Under the pieces are notes generated by a model. The model was not told where the DNA came from and searched no databases. It saw nothing but the letters and a program-made list of their open reading frames with translations. Of a DNA stretch of 64,000 bases, positions 58,544-64,000 are shown piece after piece. A program made the position numbers and the translations under genes. Numbering within the stretch: the first letter of the stretch is position 1; every line of letters starts with the position of its first letter. The DNA is taken from assembly GCA_963707985.1 (NCBI GenBank), contig CAVPRW010000045.1:286902-350901 (forward strand), in the 5' to 3' direction. The DNA comes from an uncultured Nitrospinota bacterium (GTDB taxonomy: Bacteria > Tectomicrobia > Entotheonellia > J063 > CAVPRW01).

Positions 58544-60107
58544 GAGTTGACGTGTGCCCTCTCCATTGCACCATCCCATCCACCATGGTCATGCACACTG
58601 GGATATGCGGAATGTCACTTACAGGTACGCGCGTCGGATCAGCCGCCAAGAACACCAGATCAGCCCGCTTGCCGCGGCTGATCGACCCCAGTTCCGATTC
58701 CAGGCCGCAGACCCAGGCCGCTCCCAGGGTATACATCCACAACGCCTCGCCGACGCTGACGCGCTCGTCTGCCCCAATGACATGCCCGTCCGGCGACTGG
58801 CGAGCCACCGCGGCATACACCCCCTCCAACGGCAGGGGCGGCACCACTGGTGCATCCGAGCTGCCCGCCACTGGCACACCACGGGCCAGCAGACTCTTGG
58901 CGCGATACAGCCACGGCTGCTGCTCAAGGTCGATCTCCGACCTATAACGCCGGCCATGATACCAGAGAAATGCTGGTTGGGTGACGACGGCGACGTGGAG
59001 GTCCGCTAATTCATCGATACAGACCTCTGGGCAGAGCGCTGCATGCTCAATGCGGTGGCGGAGGTGGGTGCCGGGCAGACGTGCCTGAGCCAGGCTGATG
59101 GCGTGCAAGGCCGATACCAGCGCCGGCAATTCGACGGCGTGAATGGCCACCGGGAAACCCTGGTAGTGAGCGCTCCATACCTGGGCATCGACCATCTCTG
59201 GCAGTGGATAAAGCGCACCGCTGGCTTCATCGAGGCGAATCTTGACTCCCTGCACGCGCAGGAACGGCGAGCCCTGGCCTGGTTTGAGTCCAGCGCCAAT
59301 CACCTCGGGGAGCGCCGAGGCTCCGATCAAGAGCATCACCCGTAAGCTGATGTCACCGTCGGCGATCCAGGTGCGAAAGGCCTCATAGGCAGCCAAGTCA
59401 TTGGCCACACTGGCATCCTGAATCGTCGTCACACCAGCCGACAGCAAGGTCTGGGAGCTCTGCTGCAGGCCATTCCGAAACCGCTCAGGGGGTGCGAGAA
59501 GCGGTAGGTGCCGACGCAGATAGTCATCCATATCGATCAGCAAGCCAGTGGGCTCACCGCTGACGGCATCGCGCTCGACCCATCCCCCGGCTGGGGCCGT
59601 GAACCCCCTGGTAATTCCAAGCCTTGCCAGCCCCAAACTGTTCAACACCCAGGCATGGCATGAACAGTGCGCGAGGCGTACGGGATGGTTCGGTGTTGCG
59701 ACATCAAGGTCCCAGCGCGTCGGATGACGTTTCTCGGTCAGCCCAAAGTCATCATAACCATACCCCACTAACCATTGCCCAGGTGACAGGCGATGGCTAT
59801 GCTGCCGCAAGACGTCCTGTACCTCCCTGAGGCTACGCACCGTCTGTGGCCGGCAATCGATCCCCAGGAACGTCCCGGCATAGGCCCGCACATGGATGTG
59901 GGCATCGATGAAGCCCGGCAGGATGACCGTGCCTCGGCAGTCGATCAGCTGGGTGTTGCGGTCCCGCAGCGCCAGCACCTCGGCAGTGCTACCCACGGCG
60001 ATAAGTCGTCCTTCCCGGAGGGCGATAGCCTCAGCCCGAGGCCGTTTGGGGTCCATGGTCAGCACTGTAGTGTGATAGAGAATCAAGGTTGGCGGATGAC
60101 CTGACAT
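58524..60107 (-). CDS. Amidohydrolase family 3 (YtcJ-like) metal-dependent hydrolase
   Basis: PGFIDAHIH, GEPTG, RIEHA, GSSDAPV, GKRADLV. Start moved to ATG 60107. Confidence 0.9.
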   Translation of the reverse strand: MSGHPPTLILYHTTVLTMDPKRPRAEAIALREGRLIAVGSTAEVLALRDRNTQLIDCRGTVILPGFIDAHIHVRAYAGTFLGIDCRPQTVRSLREVQDVLRQHSHRLSPGQWLVGYGYDDFGLTEKRHPTRWDLDVATPNHPVRLAHCSCHAWVLNSLGLARLGITRGFTAPAGGWVERDAVSGEPTGLLIDMDDYLRRHLPLLAPPERFRNGLQQSSQTLLSAGVTTIQDASVANDLAAYEAFRTWIADGDISLRVMLLIGASALPEVIGAGLKPGQGSPFLRVQGVKIRLDEASGALYPLPEMVDAQVWSAHYQGFPVAIHAVELPALVSALHAISLAQARLPGTHLRHRIEHAALCPEVCIDELADLHVAVVTQPAFLWYHGRRYRSEIDLEQQPWLYRAKSLLARGVPVAGSSDAPVVPPLPLEGVYAAVARQSPDGHVIGADERVSVGEALWMYTLGAAWVCGLESELGSISRGKRADLVFLAADPTRVPVSDIPHIPVCMTMVDGMVQWRGHTSTHELCHL

Positions 60108-60195
60108 GCGGGGTGACCTCGAATGTGCGTTCCCCACCGAGCCCACCCTGTCGAGGGGGGAAGGTTCGCGAAGGGGGAATAGCGCTAGACGCAAT

Positions 60196-60339
60196 TCAGT
60201 CCGAGGAGGGGAGCGGTTTGGCCTGCTTCAGTCCCATCTCTTTGCCACAACATTGCAGACCTCCTGGACCAGGCTTCGTACAAAGCACCTCAGTGCCGCA
60301 AACCTCACACACATACCGACGCCCTAACTCCATCGTCAT
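60196..60339 (-). CDS. Desulforedoxin-like microprotein B (47 aa) with C-terminal KPLPSSD tail
   Basis: Below the ORF-track cutoff. MTMELGRRYVCEVCGTEVLCTKPGPGGLQCCGKEMGLKQAKPLPSSD, RBS GAGGAG, cysteines in the same register as microprotein A. Confidence 0.85.
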   Translation of the reverse strand: MTMELGRRYVCEVCGTEVLCTKPGPGGLQCCGKEMGLKQAKPLPSSD

Positions 60340-60358
60340 GATCACCGCACTCCTCTAT

Positions 60359-60646
60359 TTACGACTCTGCTTGCACATCCTGGCTGCCACCGGTTTGATA
60401 CATGAACTGCAGCCGATCCCGCTCAATCTCGAGGATCTGAATACGGCGGTCATAATCATCGATTGCCGCTTCCTTGGCGACGAGCTCCCGATCCGAATAA
60501 CAGCCTGCCGCCTCGAGTTGCTGGCGTTCCTTACGGAGGGTTTTAAGTTCATGATCGAGACGTTTGATTTGACGTCTAAGGGAATCATGCTCCGACAGCC
60601 ACATGCGTGCGACCCTCTTCGTCCCTATGCCCCGTATCGCCCTCAC
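60359..60646 (-). CDS. Small coiled-coil hypothetical protein
   Basis: Heptad pattern LRRQIKRLDHELKTLRKERQQL...IQILEIERDRL. Fills the gap between the transglycosylase and microprotein B. Start uncertain (60646 or 60604). Confidence 0.55.
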   Translation of the reverse strand: MRAIRGIGTKRVARMWLSEHDSLRRQIKRLDHELKTLRKERQQLEAAGCYSDRELVAKEAAIDDYDRRIQILEIERDRLQFMYQTGGSQDVQAES

Positions 60647-60695
60647 CCGTGATAGGGAAGGCTGTGCGTGGGGGTGAAATGCTGGTGACCTCGAG

Positions 60696-61994
60696 CTAAT
60701 CTCTGAAAATGACGATCTGGCGCCCGGGGGTGATATGTGAGGCGTTCGCGAGCTTGTTCCACTTCATGATCTCGTCCACGGAGGCGTCGTATTTGGCGGC
60801 GATCTTCGCCAGCGTGTCCCCCCTCTTCACCTCATACCGCAGGCTCTTGCGCGTGGGCGGCGCCTCTTGGCTCGGTGGGGGTGAAGGTTTGTAGCTCACC
60901 GGTCGGCTGGGTGAGCTTGCCACGAAGGGCTCCGGGTCATATGACTCTTGGAAGTTGGCGGCAAAGGTCGCGGCACTGCCCTTGGGGACAAATACCTGGT
61001 GGACGCCTCGTGGCAGGTAGCGCTGGCGAAGTTGCGGATTGAGCTGTTTGATCATAGCAAAATTGGTGCCTGCTGCTTCCCCCACACTTCGCAAGTGCAG
61101 ACGACTGCCGTTGACGCGCACGGTGACGATGTCGACCTCCGGTGGTCGATAGTATTCCTGGGCATCGATGTAGATTCCATAACGCTCCGGATTCGATAGG
61201 ATGACCTTGACGGCGATGATCTTGTAGACGAAGCGTTCGGTTTCGGCCGGCAGCGCCAGATCGTAATAGCTACTGACGCGTTGCTCCTGGAGCTCATCCA
61301 GAACGCGCTGTTCCCCAGCATTATAGCCTGCCAACGCCAGCGGCCAATCGTTAAAGAGGCTGTATAACCGCCGCAGATATTGCATCGCCCCGTCGGTCGC
61401 CTTGCCGACATCCATGCGCTCATCCACGAAAGCGTTGCTATCCATATCAAAACGCCGACCGGTCCCCTCGATGAACTGCCATAGCCCGCCGGCGCCGGCA
61501 GAAGACACCGCTGTCGGGCGCAGAGAGCTTTCCACTACGGCAAGGTACTTGAGATCATCGGGTAGCCCATATTCTTTGAGGCGTTGTTCGACCAGGGGCA
61601 TAAATTTCCCCATGCGCTTGAGCCACAGCATGATCTGTCCTGGACGCGCGATGTTGAAGAGAAATTCCTGATCGAGACGTTCCCACACGTCGCGCCGTCC
61701 GACCGGGACGGATTGACCGGCAAAGTCCACCTGCGGCGGCAGCCGATAGCTGACAGCGGTGATGCCTCCCGCTGCCAGCGTTTGCAGTTGGCGGCGCAAG
61801 TCTTCCACCTGCGCCAGCGCCTCTGCCTGGGACTTCTTCAGCGCGCGTAATTCCTCCATCATGAGCTTCATCCCACCGGTCCCCTCCTGGCCCCACGCCA
61901 CGGGCAGCGACCAGCCTCCAAGCAAGCCTCCGATCATGATGACCACCACGCATTGCCACGATGTACGGTGCGCGCTGCTCTTCACCATGGTCAT
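60696..61994 (-). CDS. Lytic murein transglycosylase with LysM domain (MltD-like)
   Basis: YLAVVES, AGAGGLWQF, LAGYNAG, C-terminal LysM YEVKRGDTLAKIA...WNKL. Confidence 0.9.
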   Translation of the reverse strand: MTMVKSSAHRTSWQCVVVIMIGGLLGGWSLPVAWGQEGTGGMKLMMEELRALKKSQAEALAQVEDLRRQLQTLAAGGITAVSYRLPPQVDFAGQSVPVGRRDVWERLDQEFLFNIARPGQIMLWLKRMGKFMPLVEQRLKEYGLPDDLKYLAVVESSLRPTAVSSAGAGGLWQFIEGTGRRFDMDSNAFVDERMDVGKATDGAMQYLRRLYSLFNDWPLALAGYNAGEQRVLDELQEQRVSSYYDLALPAETERFVYKIIAVKVILSNPERYGIYIDAQEYYRPPEVDIVTVRVNGSRLHLRSVGEAAGTNFAMIKQLNPQLRQRYLPRGVHQVFVPKGSAATFAANFQESYDPEPFVASSPSRPVSYKPSPPPSQEAPPTRKSLRYEVKRGDTLAKIAAKYDASVDEIMKWNKLANASHITPGRQIVIFRD

Positions 61995-62187
61995 CTGCCC
62001 CTGACCTCGCCAATGCAGCATACGGTTGCCTCCCTATCTGGAACGCCTGTGGGACAATGCCTTCACCACGGCTAAACGATTCCCCAGTGATCTCTGCCGC
62101 CGGGAGCACGTTCGGGTGAAGGCGGCTGAACGCATAGGGTTGTAGCAAAAGTTCCGCTGCAAGGCAACTGTTTTCCTGGGAAGGTCC

Positions 62188-62216
62188 TTGCTAAGCCGGA
62201 GACCTTCCGCTACAGT
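62188..62216 (+). promoter_or_regulatory. Sigma-70-type promoter candidate
   Basis: TTGCTA-17 nt-TACAGT, 60 nt upstream of ATG 62277. Confidence 0.5.
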
Positions 62217-62276
62217 CTAATCTGACAGCGCATACGGTTTGAGGCCAAGAGTGCGCTTGATCCGAGGCCATGATTT

Positions 62277-64000
62277 ATGCCAAAGAAATTACTCGCCGGC
62301 CTGGTAGTGGTTGTTGTGTTGGGATTGGCTGGCTCTTGGTTCTATGCTCAGCGAGCGTCGGATGGTCCTGCCATCGCCGTGCTCGCGCCAGCACAAGCGC
62401 TCGGATTCTTCGCGATACCCGGACTGCCACAGGCCTGGACCGATGTCCGGCAGTCAAAATTCTTCCAGCATGTTTCGGCTCCCACGTTCTGGCAACAGGC
62501 GCTAGGACCCGAGGGTTATCAGCGCCTCATCGCAGAAAAACAAGAGATAGAGCAACGCCTGGGCATAGCGCTGACCGAGCCGACTCTCAACCTTCTGCTC
62601 GGCCGGGAGTTAGGCCTGGCCATCGTGCCGAGTCAGGGCCATGTCGCCGATGTCATCGTCTACGCGCGTGTCTCCGGCGCCGAGAAAATCGCCGAAACCC
62701 TGAGCCGTACTTTTTCAAGGACGATGCAGGATGTCGTGCGGCAAACCCAAACGGTGGACGGCATTGAGATCGTCACGCTGCACCTGAAAGATGCGCCGAC
62801 CAGTGTGTCGTACGCGTTTCTCGGTACCCTGGCCGTGTTCTCGACTGACCAGGCTTGGGTCATCGATGCCATCAGGGCTCACCACGGGACAGCATCTGAG
62901 CGTCTACACGCCGCACCCGCATTCAAAGCCATGGACCTCGGGGCGGCGGAGTCGCTCATGGCCTATGGATACTACGATGTCGAGCGCCTCCAGGCCAACA
63001 CGCTGACCGAACGGCCCTGGGTGTTCCAGGGGCTGTCGACAGCTGCCCTGCAGATCCTGCAGGCCACTGGGAAGGTGACATTCAGAGCCAGGCGCGTCGG
63101 CGCTGGCCTGATGCTTGATACGATGGCGTGGTATCCACCTGACAGCGCGACCCCGGCGCTCCGGCAGGTCGATCGCGATGGCGCCGTGCCGCCGTTTCGC
63201 GGAGTGCCGGCCGAAACCTTCTATCTCACCCACGTTGACCTGCTCAATCTCCCGGGTTTCTGGCAGCTGTTGACACAGCTTGCAGCTGTAGAGCATCAGG
63301 AGAGCTGGCAGGGGATGCTCGCCTGGTTCCGCGGCTGGGCAGGGGTGGATCTGGAAGGCGATGTCCTCCCGCTCTTCACGGGTGTCGTGGGTCTCGGCAT
63401 CACCGCGCCCTTCGGCACTCCACACGGTAGCCTGATCGCCTTGCCGGGCCTGTTTCTCACCCTCAGCCTTACCGACGAAGCCAAAGTATTGCAACTCATC
63501 CAAAAAATCGGGTCGCATGCCGGTGGTCCGCTCTTTTCTGCGTTCCTGCAGCGCCGCCTCCATGCGGGCCAAACCATCTACTACCTGAGTAACCCTATGC
63601 TCTTTCCCAATCCGGGCTATGTGATCAGCCGCCAACAACTCATTCTGGGGTCCGATGTCAGCCTACTACAACATATGTTGGATGCTGCCTCTGGGAAGAG
63701 CACTCCCCTGACTAATACCCATGCGTACCAAGATGTCCGCAGGCATTTTCGCATCACCGGAGGCAGCATCACGTTCGTCGATGTCGATACAGCTGTGAAG
63801 CAAGTCCGCGACATGTGGGCGCCGCTCAATACCTGGATGCGAACCCTGACGCGATCCGATCGGGAAGCTCCTGGCCTGGAGCGGATGCCGGCTGATCCCG
63901 CAGCACTGGTGGAGTTGCTCCGTCCGATCCGCTTCATTGGTGTGGCCAGTCAGGCTGAGCCCCAGGGTATACGGACAGAAGCATTCGTAGCCATCCAAGA
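62277..64000 (+). CDS. Large membrane-anchored or exported protein, DUF3352-like (runs off the window)
   Basis: Absent from the ORF track because it has no stop. MPKKLLAGLVVVVVLGLAGSWFY...LLGRELGLAI...YAFLGTLAVFS, in frame with ...GIRTEAFVAIQ at the window edge. Family assigned by pattern recognition only. Confidence 0.7.
   Translation, partial: MPKKLLAGLVVVVVLGLAGSWFYAQRASDGPAIAVLAPAQALGFFAIPGLPQAWTDVRQSKFFQHVSAPTFWQQALGPEGYQRLIAEKQEIEQRLGIALTEPTLNLLLGRELGLAIVPSQGHVADVIVYARVSGAEKIAETLSRTFSRTMQDVVRQTQTVDGIEIVTLHLKDAPTSVSYAFLGTLAVFSTDQAWVIDAIRAHHGTASERLHAAPAFKAMDLGAAESLMAYGYYDVERLQANTLTERPWVFQGLSTAALQILQATGKVTFRARRVGAGLMLDTMAWYPPDSATPALRQVDRDGAVPPFRGVPAETFYLTHVDLLNLPGFWQLLTQLAAVEHQESWQGMLAWFRGWAGVDLEGDVLPLFTGVVGLGITAPFGTPHGSLIALPGLFLTLSLTDEAKVLQLIQKIGSHAGGPLFSAFLQRRLHAGQTIYYLSNPMLFPNPGYVISRQQLILGSDVSLLQHMLDAASGKSTPLTNTHAYQDVRRHFRITGGSITFVDVDTAVKQVRDMWAPLNTWMRTLTRSDREAPGLERMPADPAALVELLRPIRFIGVASQAEPQGIRTEAFVAIQ

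Noticed and set aside
1..64000. tRNA, rRNA, CRISPR arrays, transposases
   Set aside because: No cloverleaf, rRNA-like segment, regularly spaced direct repeats or transposase motifs were seen by eye. A covariance-model scan would be needed to exclude small RNAs.

Overview
Moderately GC-rich bacterial chromosomal window with about 50 protein-coding genes and pseudogenes. I saw no rRNA, tRNA, CRISPR array or intact mobile element. The gene content (LLM oxidoreductases, CocE/NonD hydrolase, hydantoinase A/B, crotonases) suggests a heterotrophic diderm such as Candidatus Tectomicrobia, but that is only an inference. Left part: K+-independent H+-pyrophosphatase, acyl-CoA carboxylase subunits, a sigma-70 factor, a detached nuoB-C-I-D block followed by a DHH phosphoesterase and a ferredoxin, lipA-E2-lpdA, an MscS pseudogene and a giant coiled-coil OmpA lipoprotein. 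Middle part: rsmI, a selenocysteine (UxxC) AhpC/TSA-like gene with a SECIS-like hairpin that the ORF track splits in two, an MFS pump, family-5 UDG, an ATPase-degenerate NtrC-like regulator, a 4.3 kb run of pseudogenes, adenine/adenosine deaminase, hyuA-LLM-hyuB, a frameshifted split-barrel/MenA-like fusion and an ECF sigma/anti-sigma pair. Right part: an approximately 11 kb co-oriented cluster (amidohydrolase, 3'-5' exonuclease, TrxB, CDC48, two crotonases, acyl-CoA ligase, FGE-fold protein, SDR) containing two unannotated desulforedoxin-like microproteins of 39 and 47 aa with the motif C-x2-C-x15-C-C. This cluster is the best candidate for an undescribed system.
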